DNA of 64,000 bases from Candidatus Eiseniibacteriota bacterium (GTDB lineage Bacteria > Eisenbacteria > RBG-16-71-46). Position 1 is the stretch's first letter. Each line of letters begins with the position of its first letter. Location: positions 1 through 64,000 of the forward strand of contig CAVZLN010000007.1 in NCBI GenBank assembly GCA_963776245.1, written 5' to 3'. Under the pieces are notes generated by a model. That model saw nothing but the letters and a program-made list of their open reading frames with translations. It did no database searches and was not told the origin of the DNA. A program made the position numbers and the translations under genes. Shown piece after piece: positions 9,792 through 20,810 of this stretch.

Positions 9792-11108
9792 CTACCGCGC
9801 CCAGCCAAGGTATGTGTGGTGCCATGCGCAAGGAACCGTGTGGTGAGCCGCAGGAGGCACGGGGCCACTCCGTACCGGCCGAACTCGCCGGGCGACCCGG
9901 GACAGCGGCAGGCGCGGTGGGCCCGCGAAACGCGCGAAGAAGCCCCGCGGATTCGGGCGGGTCTACCAGCGCGGCGAGGTCTGGTGGATCCAGTACTACT
10001 TCCGCGGCGCAGCTCCACCGCGAGTCCTCGAGCTCGACGGTCGACGCGCGACGGCGGTGATCCTGCTCAAGCGCCGGCACGCCGAGATGGGGCAGGGCCG
10101 CCTGGTGGGCCCGAGCGTCGAGCGGACCACCTTCGAGGACCTCGCCGCGATGCTGGTCGACGACTACCAGGTCAACGGCCGCAAGTCGCTCGACCGGGCC
10201 GAGCGCTCGATCGAGCACCTGCGCGGGTTCTTCGGCCGCTCCCACGCGGTGGACATCACGCGCGGACCGCGTCTCGGCCTACATCCGCTCGCGGCTGGCC
10301 GTGGCCAAGCCGGCGACGATCCGACTGGAGCTGGCGGCGCTCGGGCGCATGTTCACGCTCGGCGGCGCGGGCCGGGAAGGTGTCGCACCGGCCGTACTTC
10401 CCCTCGATCGAGGTCCGCAACACCCGCAGCGGCTTCTTCGAGGAGGCCGAGCTGCAGGCAGTGCTGGAGCAGCTGCCGGCCGACCTGCGCGTGCTGATCG
10501 AGTTCGTGCACCTGACCGGCTGGCGGATCGGCGAGGCCAAGGGGCTGACGTGGCGCCACGTCGACTTCGACGCGGGCACGGTCCGCCTCGAGCCGGGCAC
10601 GACCAAGAACGACGAGGGGCGCACGTTCCCCTTCGCGGCGCTGCCGCGGCTGGAGGAGCTGCTGCGAGCCCAGCGCGAGCACACGTCGGCGCTGGAGCGC
10701 GCAGGCGGCGGCTCATCCCGTGGGTGTTCCACCGGGGCGGGCGACCGATCCGGAACTTCCACATGGCGTGGCGACGCGCCTGCGAGCGCGCAGGTGTGCC
10801 CGGGCGACTGGTCCACGACCTGCGGCGCACGGCGGTGCGGAACTTCGAGCGGGCGGGGGTCTCGCGCTCGGTGGCGATGAAGCTCTCGGGGCACAAGACC
10901 GAGAGCATCTACCGGCGCTACGCGATCGTCGTCGGAGGCCGACCTCGCCGAGGGCGTGCGCAAGGTCGCGGCGATGCGCGGCGCGAACGAGGGCCCGGAT
11001 CGCCGCGTCGTCGGCGCTTCCCGAGCGACGGTCAGTCGAGAACGAGCACAGTTCGAGCACAATTTGCGGAAGGGAGGCGCGATGCGCGACGCAGCGCCGC
11101 GGCCGTAA
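9788..11108 (+). CDS. Tyrosine recombinase / phage-type integrase, frameshifted
   Basis: N-terminal GRVYQRGEVWWIQYY. Catalytic motifs TGWRIGE, TTKNDEGR, HDLRRT and SGHKTESIYRRY. Confidence 0.9.
11043..11064. repeat. Tandem 11-bp direct repeat CGAGCACA(G/A)TT, candidate integrase arm-type site
   Basis: Two adjacent copies about 60 bp from the tRNA 3' end. Confidence 0.45.
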
Positions 11109-11123
11109 GTGTGTGCAAGAGGC

Positions 11124-11210
11124 TGGTGCCGGAGGTGGGGGTCGAACCCACACTCGATTGCTCGAACGGGATTTTGAGTCCCGCGCGTCTGCCAGTTTCG
11201 CCACTCCGGC
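11124..11210 (-). tRNA. tRNA-Leu (CAA)
   Basis: Reverse strand reads GCCGGAGTGGCGAAACTGGCAGACGCG...CTCAAAA...GGTTCGACCCCCACCTCCGGCACCA, with a long variable arm and encoded CCA. Confidence 0.97.
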
Positions 11211-11310
11211 ACACCATGGAACCGCTCGTCAGCGCGGGGTCACTCGACGCCGCGCACCCCGGGATCGGCGCCGAGGCCCGTCGCTTGTATCACGGGGCGG
11301 CACGCTGTCG

Positions 11311-12021
11311 CTAGTCTTCCGATGCCCTCGACCGGGCGCTCGTGCGGGCGATGAAGTCGAAGCCGATCCCGATCGCGAGATAGGTCTGCAGATACCTCGG
11401 CGAGACGCTCACCGCCCCCTCGCCGAGCTGTTGCGGCACGTTGAAGCTCTGCACGTAGCGCACCCCGACCTCGATCGGGAACGCGTTCGCGAGGTTGAGA
11501 TCGACGCCCGCATTCACGTCGTACCCGAACGCGGCTTTGTAGTGGCTTTCGAGCGTCTTCGAGTTGGGATTCTCGGGATCCGCCGGGTTGGGGATCTCGA
11601 TGTCGGTCGAGATGCCGTACCACACGACCGCGATGTTGGCCCCCGCGTGCGGACGGATGAAGCCGGGGCCGTGCGGGCCGGCGCGCCCACCCACGAAGAA
11701 ACGTCCGTAGCTCTGGTTGGTGCGCTGCTCCAGGGTCTCGCGCAGGAAGGGATCGTAGACGTGGGTGGACTGGCTCATCATGTTCGAGATCTCGAGCCCG
11801 CTGGTGAGCGCCACCAGGTTGTACGCCGCGTACCAGGGCAGCACGGCGTCGATCCCGCCGCCCCATGACGTCCGGCTGAAACGTCGCGCGTCGACATCGG
11901 TGGGCTCCATGCGACTGAGATAGAGCGAGACCTTGCCAGCCGCGTGTGCGGGGCCGGGGACGAGAGCGACGCTGCACGCGATCGCGAGCGCCGCGACGAG
12001 GCGATGAGAGGCATCAGTCAT
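11311..12021 (-). CDS. Outer membrane beta-barrel protein
   Basis: Signal peptide ending PAHA, alternating aromatic/hydrophobic strands and C-terminal YLAIGIGFDF. Confidence 0.75.
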   Translation of the reverse strand: MTDASHRLVAALAIACSVALVPGPAHAAGKVSLYLSRMEPTDVDARRFSRTSWGGGIDAVLPWYAAYNLVALTSGLEISNMMSQSTHVYDPFLRETLEQRTNQSYGRFFVGGRAGPHGPGFIRPHAGANIAVVWYGISTDIEIPNPADPENPNSKTLESHYKAAFGYDVNAGVDLNLANAFPIEVGVRYVQSFNVPQQLGEGAVSVSPRYLQTYLAIGIGFDFIARTSARSRASED

Positions 12022-12269
12022 GGCGACCTCCTAGACGGAGAGTGGGGAACCCTGACATCCTATCGCCGGATCACGGCCGGAGGCCACTCGCCGGTTGTGG
12101 CCCCGAGCAGGCCGACTGCTCGGGCCTTCCGATCCGGGATCGTGCCGTCGCGATGGCCGCGCTCGCCTGACCGCCTCCGCCGGCGCGCCATTGCCATGGC
12201 GCGCGCCCAGCGATTAGCATGCTCCACGACGCGGCCCGGCCCCTCGCCGCATCGCCTGGAGATCCGCGC

Positions 12270-13373
12270 ATGCAGACGGCCGCACCGCTCGATCCGCGCC
12301 CCGCCGAGACCTTCCGCGGTCTCGCCCGCACCATCGGCAATTCTCCGCTGCTCGCCATCACGCTGCGCTTCCGCGGCGTCACCCGCACGCTCTACGCCAA
12401 GTCCGAGCAGTTGAACATGACCGGGAGCATCAAGGACCGCATGGCGCTCCACGTGCTCCGCCGCGCCTACGAGCAGGGCACGATTCGCGCCGGCGACACC
12501 ATCGTCGAGGTGACCAGCGGCAACACCGGCATCGCGTTCGCGGCGGTGGGGCGGGCGCTCGGGCACGCGGTCACCATCTTCATGCCGGACTGGCTGAGCC
12601 ACGAGCGCCTGGACCTGTTGCGCAGTTTCGGGGCGCGCGTGGAATTGGTGTCGCGGGAGCAGGGCGGGTTCCTCGGCTGCATCGAGCGCGCCGAGGCGTT
12701 GGCCGCGCGCGATCAGCGCGTGTTCCTGCCGCGCCAGTTCTCGAACCCGGCCAACGTCGAGGCGCACGCGCTCACCACCGGACCGGAGATCGTGTGGCAG
12801 CTCGCGCGCCGCGGGCTCGCGCCGGACGCGTTCGTGGCGGGCGTGGGCACCGGCGGCACGGTGATGGGGGTGGGCCGCCACCTGCGCGCGGTGCGCCCCG
12901 GGGTGCGCGTGCATCCGCTCGAGCCGGCGGAGTCGCCCACGCTCAGCACCGGATGCAAGGTGGGGACGCACCGGATCCAGGGCGTGTCCGACGAGTTCGT
13001 CCCCGCGATCGTGGATCTCGCGTCGCTCGACCCCGTGGTGAGCGTCCACGACGGCGACGCCATCCTGATGGCGCAGATGCTGGCGGCCCGGCTCGGGCTC
13101 GGGGTCGGCATCTCCTCCGGAGCGAACCTGCTCGGCGCGCTGATGGTGCAGCAGACGCTCGCGCCCGACGCGGTGGTGGTCACGGTGTTCGCGGACGACA
13201 ATAAGAAGTACCTGAGCACCGCCCTGATGCACGCCGAGTCGGCGCGCGCGGACTACCTGGCGCCGGGAATCGAATTGCTGGGCCTCGACGTGCTGCCGCG
13301 CACCTGCGAGGCGTGCGCGGCAGCGGGCGATGGTCCGCAGGTGCCGGCCGTCGCGCACGCCATCACGCGGTAG
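12270..13373 (+). CDS. cysK: PLP-dependent cysteine synthase family protein
   Basis: [27 protein letters not shown] and GISSGAN motifs, with a GGAG RBS. Confidence 0.9.
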   Translation: MQTAAPLDPRPAETFRGLARTIGNSPLLAITLRFRGVTRTLYAKSEQLNMTGSIKDRMALHVLRRAYEQGTIRAGDTIVEVTSGNTGIAFAAVGRALGHAVTIFMPDWLSHERLDLLRSFGARVELVSREQGGFLGCIERAEALAARDQRVFLPRQFSNPANVEAHALTTGPEIVWQLARRGLAPDAFVAGVGTGGTVMGVGRHLRAVRPGVRVHPLEPAESPTLSTGCKVGTHRIQGVSDEFVPAIVDLASLDPVVSVHDGDAILMAQMLAARLGLGVGISSGANLLGALMVQQTLAPDAVVVTVFADDNKKYLSTALMHAESARADYLAPGIELLGLDVLPRTCEACAAAGDGPQVPAVAHAITR

Positions 13374-13451
13374 GGCGCCGCACCGTCAGGCTCCGGCGCC
13401 GGGGCGGGCAGGATCCAGCGGGTCCTCACGCGCCCGACTCCGAGTCGCGGC

Positions 13452-15600
13452 TCAGACCGCCATCGTCCTCGCGCACTCGGCGCCCACCCGGCCTTCGCGG
13501 CAGGCCGGGGAGGCCAGGAACTCGGCGGCGATCCGAGCCTGCAGCGCCAGCGCCTCGGACAGCGGCTTGCCGCACGACTGCTGGATGCAGGTCATGATCG
13601 CGGCGCGCGCGTGCGCGTCGGCGGGATCGTCGGCCGGCGGCAGGCCGGCCACGTCCTGGGGCACGCCGGAGAGCGCGCCGGTCTCGAGCGGCCGCCGCGT
13701 GAGACCGTGCTCGCCACCGCTCGCGAGCTTCCAGGCGGTCTCGAGCGCGTCCTCCATCGGCCCGGCGTAGTCGACCAGCCAGCCGACCGCGTCCTTCGCC
13801 TTGACCGGCGCGCCGCTCGAGCAGCGAGATGCACCAGCTTCGGCCAGTGCGCGGAGCGTGGTGCGCCGGAACGGCCAGTGGCAGCCCTCCATGCCGGGCA
13901 CCACGGGCAGCGTCACCTCGGGCCAGCCGAAGCGCGCGTCGTCCACGGCGACCACGTAGTGGCAGTGCATGAGCAGCTCGAGCATGCCGCCCAGGCAGCG
14001 CTTGCCGTTGACGAACGCCACCGACACCTCGAACTCGTCGTAGAGGCGCCGCGCGGTCTGCGACCAGCGTGGCGGATCGCGCGCGCCCTCCTTCGACGTC
14101 GTCGAGCGCGGGGAAGAACTCGCTGGTGTCGGCGCCCACCATCTGGGTGGAGAGGTGGAAGTCGCCGGTCACGATCACGCGCCGGATGCCCTGCGGCCTT
14201 GAGCCAGTCGATCGCCCGGTTCAGTTCGCGATCCACGTCGCAGTTGTAGCTCTCGCGGCCGAGCGTGATGACGCCGACGCGTGCCGTCGTGCTCGGCGTT
14301 CACGTAGAGCTGCTGCCAGTCGGGGCCGTCCATGCGCTCGAACGCGTCCGGATACCAGGCGCTCGTCGCGGCCGCTCGGGGTGCAGCCGGTGGTACGCCT
14401 CGACCGGCGTCGATCGCGGCCTTCGGGCCCGAGGTCGCGCATCATCGCGAGGACGCCGCGGCGGAACTGCGCGCACAGCTCGCCGATCGCGTTGATGTGC
14501 GCGCAGGTGGCCGCGCTTCTCGTGCAGCATGCAGGCTGGTCATCTGGAGGACCGGGCCCAGGATCCGGACGCGGAACTCCTCGTGCTCGGCGGCGGTCGA
14601 GCGTCCAGTCGACCAGCGGCCGGAAATGGTCGGGCGGATACCAGGCCTGGCCGCTCTCCTTGCGCTCGTCGAGCTCGGGCGTGGGGCGGAACAGCTCGCC
14701 GTACTTCTGGCCCAGGTGGTGCAGGCACGACCAGGTGAGGAAGTCCGCGCCCTTGGCGCCGATGGCGTCGTGGGCGCGGAACGGGTTCGGCCCCACCAGC
14801 CGGCGACGTAGCTTGTCGATCTTCCAGAACGGCATGTTGGTGCGCGCGGTGCTAGCGCAGACCGGCGAGCGTGATGCCGCAGAACAGCACGTCGAGGACG
14901 AACGACCAGTGGTCGCTCGACCGGCACCGGGATGAGCCCCAGGGCCCACAGCAGCTGCGTGATCGCCGACGGCTGCGGGCTCGACGATCTCCCACACCTT
15001 GTTGATCTCGTGCGGGAACGCCGGGTGCGCGATGCCCACGCCCAGCTCGGAGCTCGGGAAGCCCGACGTGACCGAGCGGATCTCGATCCCGGGGAAAGCT
15101 GTCGCGGAAGACCTTGTAGTGCGCCTTCTTGACCTCGAGGATCTCGGGAATCGCCTCGAGCAGGAAGCGCGGCTTGAGGTCCTTCAGTTCGGCCGGCAGA
15201 CGCTTGCCGTCGTACGTGAGCCGGACGATGTTCCCCATGATCCGCGCCGCGCCGTCGCGGCCGAAGGCCTGCGACCAGTCCGGGGTATTGCCGGCCGATG
15301 CCGTCGGGCGCGCCGGGGAAGTCGAGCGCCGACGACGCGCACGCCGAACGGCTCGAGCCGCGAGCCGAGCTGCATGGTCTTGCCGGCGCCGACGATGCCG
15401 TTGGCGCCGGAGATCACCAGCGAGCCGCGCTGGGCGGGCGGCCCGAACACCTGGTCCACCAGGTCCGCGGTGCGCGCGGGCAGGGCGCCGCGCGGAAGAT
15501 GCCGATCACGCTGCCGAGCCCGAGGGTCTCGAGCGTGGGCTGGCGAAGGGTGTTCGTCATGGTCCCCTCGAGGGTCGATCGCCGGGTCGTGTTGGCCATG
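13452..15600 (-). CDS. 3-hydroxyacyl-CoA dehydrogenase-like / enoyl-CoA hydratase fusion protein, heavily frameshifted
   Basis: N-terminal Rossmann ISGANGIVGAG, LEAIPEIL..K and HPAFP. C-terminal crotonase motifs CLGGMLEL and FGWPEVTLPVVPG. Confidence 0.75.
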
Positions 15601-16820
15601 GTCCGGGCTCCTTCCGAGACCTGGAACAGCGCGGCGATGCCCACGTCGCCCGCCGCGCAGCCGAACAGGAGCGACGTAGCCGCCGCCCAGCGCGACGGCT
15701 TCCTCCAGGCGCCTCGATCAGCACGCGCGTGAGCGTCGGTCCCTGCGGGTGGCCCCAGACCAGCGAGCAGCCGGTCTTGTTCATCTTGCGCCAGTCGTAG
15801 CCCGTGATCTTGGCGAAGATGACGTCGTTGACCGCGAACGGGTTGTGGTTCTTGACCACCGCCATGTCGTCCATGGTGAGACCGGCGCGCTCGAGCAGCC
15901 GCTGCACGGCGAGCGCGGGCGCCTCGGGCATCAGGCTCGGCTGGGTGCGCGACTCGGCCTTGCCGACGAACCGGATGTCGATCTCGGGCCGCGGGCTGAG
16001 CTCGCGCGCCTTCTCGCGGGTGGTGACGAGCAGCGTCGCCATGCCGTCGGAGGCGTGGGTCTGCGTGCCGCTGGTCACGCAGGTGTCGAGCTCGCGCTGC
16101 GCGCGCAGGCCGCTCATCGTCATCCGGCGCACGCCGCGGTCGTCGTCGACGCGGCCGAGCGGCGCGCCCGGCGACGTTCAGGAGATCGAGCGGGACCAGC
16201 ACGCGGTCGAGGAAGCCGGAGTCCCTGGCGCGCGAAGTACTGCTCGTGGCGGCAGGAACGCCACGTCGTCGATCTCGCTTGCGGTCGATCTTGTACTTGC
16301 GCGCGGTCATGCCCGGCCGCGGCGATCATCGCACTGGCCGGTGGCGGGGTCGAAGCCGAAGTTGTCCCACACGTCGGCGATCGCGTGCGTGCGCTGGTGC
16401 GCGCGGCGCTCGGGGAACACGCCCACCGGCGAGTCGCTGGTGCGGTCGAAGGTGAGCACGCCGACCACCTCGTTGGCGCCCGATCTGGACCTCGGCCGCC
16501 GGCGAGCAGCACGGCCTGCAGGCCGGTGGCGCAGGCCTGCTCGACGTGATAGCCGGGGATGCGCTGACCCATGCAGCTCGCGACCAGCGGCGCGGTCCAG
16601 AACTTCCAGTGCCAGGGGATGGTCGAGCCGATGACCAGGTACTCGCAGCTCGCTCTTGGGGACCTTGCGCAGCCCGAGGATGCGCCCCATGGACTCGCCG
16701 GCGAACTGGCCGATGTTGACCTCCGCCAGCGCGGCTGGTCTGCCAGGCCGGGAAGAAGCTGCTGCCCCAGGTGCCGTACGGGATCCGGGCGGCGGGGAAC
16801 ATCTGGGCGGATTCCTTCAT
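15600..16820 (-). CDS. Thiolase family acyltransferase (HNPF variant), frameshifted; 3' end uncertain
   Basis: VEQACATGLQA, HASDG, KNHNPFAVND, GCSLVWGHPQGPT and GCAAGD. Confidence 0.85.
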
Positions 16821-17024
16821 GACGGGTTTCCTCGACGACAGGGCGTGGACACCGGACAGTCGTGGCCCGCGGCAGGCGCGGCCCGACAAGCGGCCGGACC
16901 TTCGCCCAAGCGGGCGGGTGTTGGCAAGTGCGGAGAGGCGGTGCGGGGAAAATGACAGATGGAGTGCGCGCGGGCGTGACTGCTAGCATCGGCGCGCACC
17001 TTCAACCGAGGAGATCCGCTTCCC

Positions 17025-18572
17025 ATGGACGACAAGTTCCTGCAGTCGGTGCGCGTCGCGTTCCCGGAGCCCGCCAGGGCCGTCACGCTCGGAGCGCCGG
17101 TGCTCGAGAACCTCTGCCATCCCGAGCCCCTGGTCGGCATCCCGCTGGCGATGATGAATCGCCATGGCCTGATCGCCGGCGCGACCGGCACCGGCAAGAC
17201 CAAGACGCTCCAGTTGCTCGCCGAGCAGCTCTCGGGAGCGGGCGTGCCGGTGTTCCTCGCCGACGTGAAGGGCGACCTGTCCGGGGTGGGCGCGGCGGGC
17301 GATCCGGGCGATCGGGTGAACGAGCGGGCGAAGGCCACCGGTTACACCTGGAAGGGCGCCGCGTGCCCGGTCGAGTACCTGAGCCTCACCGGCGCGAAGG
17401 GCGCGCAGCTGCGCGCGACCGTCTCGTCGTTCGGTCCGCTGCTGCTCGCCCGCGTGCTGGGCCTGAACGAGACCCAGTCGAGCGTGCTCGCGATGGTCTT
17501 CAAGTACGCCGACGACAAGGGCCTCCTGCTGCTCGACTTCAAGGACCTGCGCGCGGTGCTCCAGCATCTCGAAGGAGAGGGCGCGGGCGAGCTCAAGGAC
17601 TATGGAGGCATGTCGAAGGCCACCGTCGGCGTGCTCCTGCGCGAGATGGTGGAACTCGAACAGCAGGGCGCGGGCGCGTTCTTCGGCGAGCCCGAGTTCG
17701 ACCTCGACACCGACCTGCTGCAGACCGAGCGCGACGGCCGCGGGCTGGTGAGCGTGCTCGAGCTCACCGACGTGCAGGACCGGCCGGCCCTGTTCTCGAC
17801 CTTCATGATGTGGATGCTGGCGCGGCTCTACGGCGAGCTGCCCGAGGTCGGCGACCTGGACCAGCCGAAGCTGGTGTTCTTCTTCGACGAGGCTCACCTG
17901 CTGTTCGACGGGGCCTCGAAGGAGTTTCTGCAGGAGGTGCAGCAGGTGGTGCGCCTGATCCGCTCCAAGGGCGTGGGCGTGTTCTTCATCACCCAGAGCC
18001 CCAAGGACATCCCGGCCGACGTGCTGGGACAGCTCGGACACCGCGTGCAGCACGCCCTGCGGGCGTTCACGCCCGACGACGAGAAGGCGCTCAAGGCCGC
18101 GTCGCGCACCTTCCCGAGGACCGAGTACTACGACATCGAGCGCACGCTCACCACGCTCGGCATCGGCGAGGCGCTGGTCACCGTGCTGTCGGCGAACGGC
18201 GTGCCCACGCCGCCGGTGGCCACGCGGCTGGTGCCGCCCTCGTCGCGCATGGGTCCGCTCACCGAGGCCGAGATGGCGCAGCGGCTCTCCTCGTCGGCGC
18301 AGGTGAAGAAGTACGCCACCGCCCTCGACCGCGAGAGCGCGCAGGAGACGCTCGCGAAGCAGGCGCAGGCGGAGGCCCCGGCGGCGGGAGCGGGCGGGGC
18401 CGGTGGGGGCGGCGCCGCGCCCCCCGCGCGCGGGCGGGCCGCGAAGCCCGAGCCGAGCGCGTTCGAGCAGGTGCTCAAGTCGCCGCTCACCCGCGCGGTG
18501 GCCACCACCGTGACGCGCGGGTTGCTCGGGGCGTTGCTCGGTCCCGCGCCCCGGCGCCGGCGCCGCTACTAG
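17025..18572 (+). CDS. DUF853/YjgR HerA-like ATPase
   Basis: NRHGLIAGATGTGKT, DVKGDLSG, FFDEAHLLF and RVQHALRAFTP. Confidence 0.92.
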   Translation: MDDKFLQSVRVAFPEPARAVTLGAPVLENLCHPEPLVGIPLAMMNRHGLIAGATGTGKTKTLQLLAEQLSGAGVPVFLADVKGDLSGVGAAGDPGDRVNERAKATGYTWKGAACPVEYLSLTGAKGAQLRATVSSFGPLLLARVLGLNETQSSVLAMVFKYADDKGLLLLDFKDLRAVLQHLEGEGAGELKDYGGMSKATVGVLLREMVELEQQGAGAFFGEPEFDLDTDLLQTERDGRGLVSVLELTDVQDRPALFSTFMMWMLARLYGELPEVGDLDQPKLVFFFDEAHLLFDGASKEFLQEVQQVVRLIRSKGVGVFFITQSPKDIPADVLGQLGHRVQHALRAFTPDDEKALKAASRTFPRTEYYDIERTLTTLGIGEALVTVLSANGVPTPPVATRLVPPSSRMGPLTEAEMAQRLSSSAQVKKYATALDRESAQETLAKQAQAEAPAAGAGGAGGGGAAPPARGRAAKPEPSAFEQVLKSPLTRAVATTVTRGLLGALLGPAPRRRRRY

Positions 18573-18590
18573 GCCGAGCCGCTCTCCGGC

Positions 18591-20615
18591 ATGAAGTCGT
18601 CCATCGCGGTCCGCGAGTGGGTGGCGCTCGGCCTGGTGCTGGCGGCGGCGGCGTGGCTGCGCGTGCCGGCGCTGCGGGCGCCGTTCTTCGCTGACGATTA
18701 CCTGTTCCTCGATCAGGCCCGCGGCCGTTCGCTGTTCGCGGCGCTCGCGGCCCCGGACCCGATCGGCAACTTCGTGCGGCCGGTCGGACGCGCGCTGTGG
18801 TTCTGGCTGCTCGGGCACGCGAGCGGCGAGGCGCCGGAGGCTTTCCACGCGGCCAACCTCGCGCTCCTGCTCATCGCCCTCGTGCTGTTGTTCGTGCTCG
18901 TGCGCGCGATTGCGGGCGGCTTCGCGGCGGTGATCGCCGCGGCGTTCGTGGCGTTGAGCCACGCGCCCGATGTCGCGGTGCGCTGGGCCGCGGGCGCGCA
19001 GGACCTGCTCGCCGTCACGCTCGCCCTCGCCGCGCTGGTGCTCCATCGCGGCGGGCGGCGATGGTGGGCGGCGGTCTGCCTGGTGCTCGCGCTGCTGTCG
19101 AAGGAGACCGTGGTCGCCACGCCGCTGATCGCGGCGCTGGTGACGCGGCGGGAGGGGGAGCGGCCGCGCGACTCGCTGGCGCGCGCGGGGCCGCTGTTCG
19201 CGGCGTGCGCGGCGTGGGCCGTGGTGTGGCTCGGCACTGCGGCGGCGCGCCCGGCGGCCGGTGCCGCACTCTCGTTCGCGCCCGCGAACCTGCCCGCGGC
19301 GCTCGCGCACCTGGTGCAGACGGCGGTCGGCCGCGAGTGGGCGCCCGGCGGGGCCCTCCAGGGTCTCGGCATCCTGCCGCCGCTGGTGCCGCTGGCGCTC
19401 GCGCTCGCCGCGCTCGGGTTCGCGCGCGGTCCGGCCCCGCCAGTGACCCATCGCGGCGCGGTGGGCGCCGGTCTCGCGTGGGCGCTGCTGGGGGCGTTGC
19501 CGGTGGTGGTGGTGGCGCCGATCTGGAGCGCCTACTTCTATCTGTTCGCGCTCGGCGGCGTGGCGCTGGCACTGGGTGCCGCGCTGGCGCGCGCTCCGCG
19601 CCTCGCCGCGCTGGCGGTGGTGGCGGCGCTGGCGTGGGGGGCCGCCGGCGCGCGCGGACTGGACGAGTTCGCGCAGAAGCCCGACGCGTGGGCCACGCTC
19701 TCGCACGTCAACCCGCGCTACCTCGAGCGCGCGGGGGAGAAGGTGAGCGAACTGCTCGCCGGACTGAAGTCGGTGAGGCCCACGCTCACGCCCGGGAGCA
19801 CGGTGTACTTCTCGGGGACGCCGGCGTGGAGCGGGGTGCAGGCGGGCGGGGGCCCGATGCTGCGCTGGGCGTACCGCGACACCAGCCTGCGCGCGGACTT
19901 CACCAGCCGCTTCTCGCGCGCGGGCGCGGGTCGCGGCCCGGTGCTGTTCTACTCGCCGGCGGACCCGCAGCGGATCCGGACGGCCGACACCCCGGGCCTG
20001 CTCGAGAACCTGGCGTTGAACCTGCTGCTGGACGACGCCGTGGTCGGCGCGCGCGAAGCGATCCTGATGCGCGACGAGCGCCTCGGGCCGAGCATGGAAT
20101 CGAACTACCTGCTCGCCTGGATGGCACTGGCGCTGGGTGACGCCGCCGAGGCGCGCCAGCGGCTGGCGGTCGCCGGCACGACCTCCGGGGCCGCAGCGGC
20201 CGCGGAGATCGAAGCGGCGCTGCGCGAGGTGGCGCGCGGCGACACGCTGGCCGCGTTCCGGCGCATCGATGCCGCGGTCGGGCGCAACGTGGCCGAGCCG
20301 GGAGTGCATGCCCTGCTCGCCGATCTCGCGCTCGCGCGCCCGGAGTGGCATTCGGTCGCCATCATCGAGGCCTTCGCGGCGCGGGCGCTCTCACCGGAGT
20401 GGCCCGCGGGCTGGCGGCGCTGGGCGATGCTCCAGGCCATGGATCAGCGCTACCCAGCGGCGCTCGCCTCGCTCGACCGCTTCTTCGCCCTGGCCGGGCC
20501 TGATGGGGCGCGCGACCCGAGCGCGATCCAGTTCCGCGACGACCTCCGCCGGCGCGTCCCCGGGGGCGACCTGGCGCGCGCCTCGGTGCACGACGGTGGC
20601 GAAGACGGGCGCTGA
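18591..20615 (+). CDS. Polytopic membrane protein, GT-C glycosyltransferase-like, with C-terminal TPR-like repeats
   Basis: FADDY, RP, and ALLSKE motifs typical of PMT/TMTC-like proteins, many TM segments and a helical C-terminus. Confidence 0.65.
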   Translation: MKSSIAVREWVALGLVLAAAAWLRVPALRAPFFADDYLFLDQARGRSLFAALAAPDPIGNFVRPVGRALWFWLLGHASGEAPEAFHAANLALLLIALVLLFVLVRAIAGGFAAVIAAAFVALSHAPDVAVRWAAGAQDLLAVTLALAALVLHRGGRRWWAAVCLVLALLSKETVVATPLIAALVTRREGERPRDSLARAGPLFAACAAWAVVWLGTAAARPAAGAALSFAPANLPAALAHLVQTAVGREWAPGGALQGLGILPPLVPLALALAALGFARGPAPPVTHRGAVGAGLAWALLGALPVVVVAPIWSAYFYLFALGGVALALGAALARAPRLAALAVVAALAWGAAGARGLDEFAQKPDAWATLSHVNPRYLERAGEKVSELLAGLKSVRPTLTPGSTVYFSGTPAWSGVQAGGGPMLRWAYRDTSLRADFTSRFSRAGAGRGPVLFYSPADPQRIRTADTPGLLENLALNLLLDDAVVGAREAILMRDERLGPSMESNYLLAWMALALGDAAEARQRLAVAGTTSGAAAAAEIEAALREVARGDTLAAFRRIDAAVGRNVAEPGVHALLADLALARPEWHSVAIIEAFAARALSPEWPAGWRRWAMLQAMDQRYPAALASLDRFFALAGPDGARDPSAIQFRDDLRRRVPGGDLARASVHDGGEDGR

Positions 20616-20681
20616 GGTGAAGGCCGCGGGTTGACCGCGGCCCGCGCGCTGAGGTAAACCTCTGCGCGCAATGTCTGGGGT

Positions 20682-20757
20682 GGGGCTGTAGCTCAGTTGG
20701 GAGAGCGCTTGACTGGCAGTCAAGAGGTCGACGGTTCGATCCCGTTCAGCTCCACCA
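20682..20757 (+). tRNA. tRNA-Ala (GGC)
   Basis: GGGGCTGTAGCTCAGTTGGGAGAGCG...CTGGCAG...GGTTCGATCCCGTTCAGCTCCACCA, 76 nt. Confidence 0.97.
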
Positions 20758-20775
20758 TCTTCCATGAATCGACGT

Positions 20776-20807
20776 GAAGGCCCGCGGGGGAGTCCCAGCG
20801 GGCCTTC
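20776..20807. terminator. Hairpin between convergent tRNA-Ala and the TlpA-like gene
   Basis: GAAGGCCCGC...GCGGGCCTTC 10-bp stem. Confidence 0.65.
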
Positions 20808-20810
20808 GGG

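Larger units (their letters stand above)
1..11123. mobile_element. Integrative element / genomic island inserted at the 3' end of tRNA-Leu(CAA); left boundary probably outside the window
   Basis: Integrase, excisionase and replication-type genes abut the tRNA 3' end. Cargo genes are visibly less GC-rich than the core genes. No second copy of the tRNA 3' end was seen in the window. Confidence 0.85.

Noticed and set aside
17025..18572. HerA-based defence system
   Set aside because: The motifs match the widespread DUF853/YjgR family, with no adjacent nuclease or SIR2 partner.
20758..20810. Island integrated at tRNA-Ala
   Set aside because: Only a hairpin and core-like genes follow, with no integrase or duplicated tRNA end.
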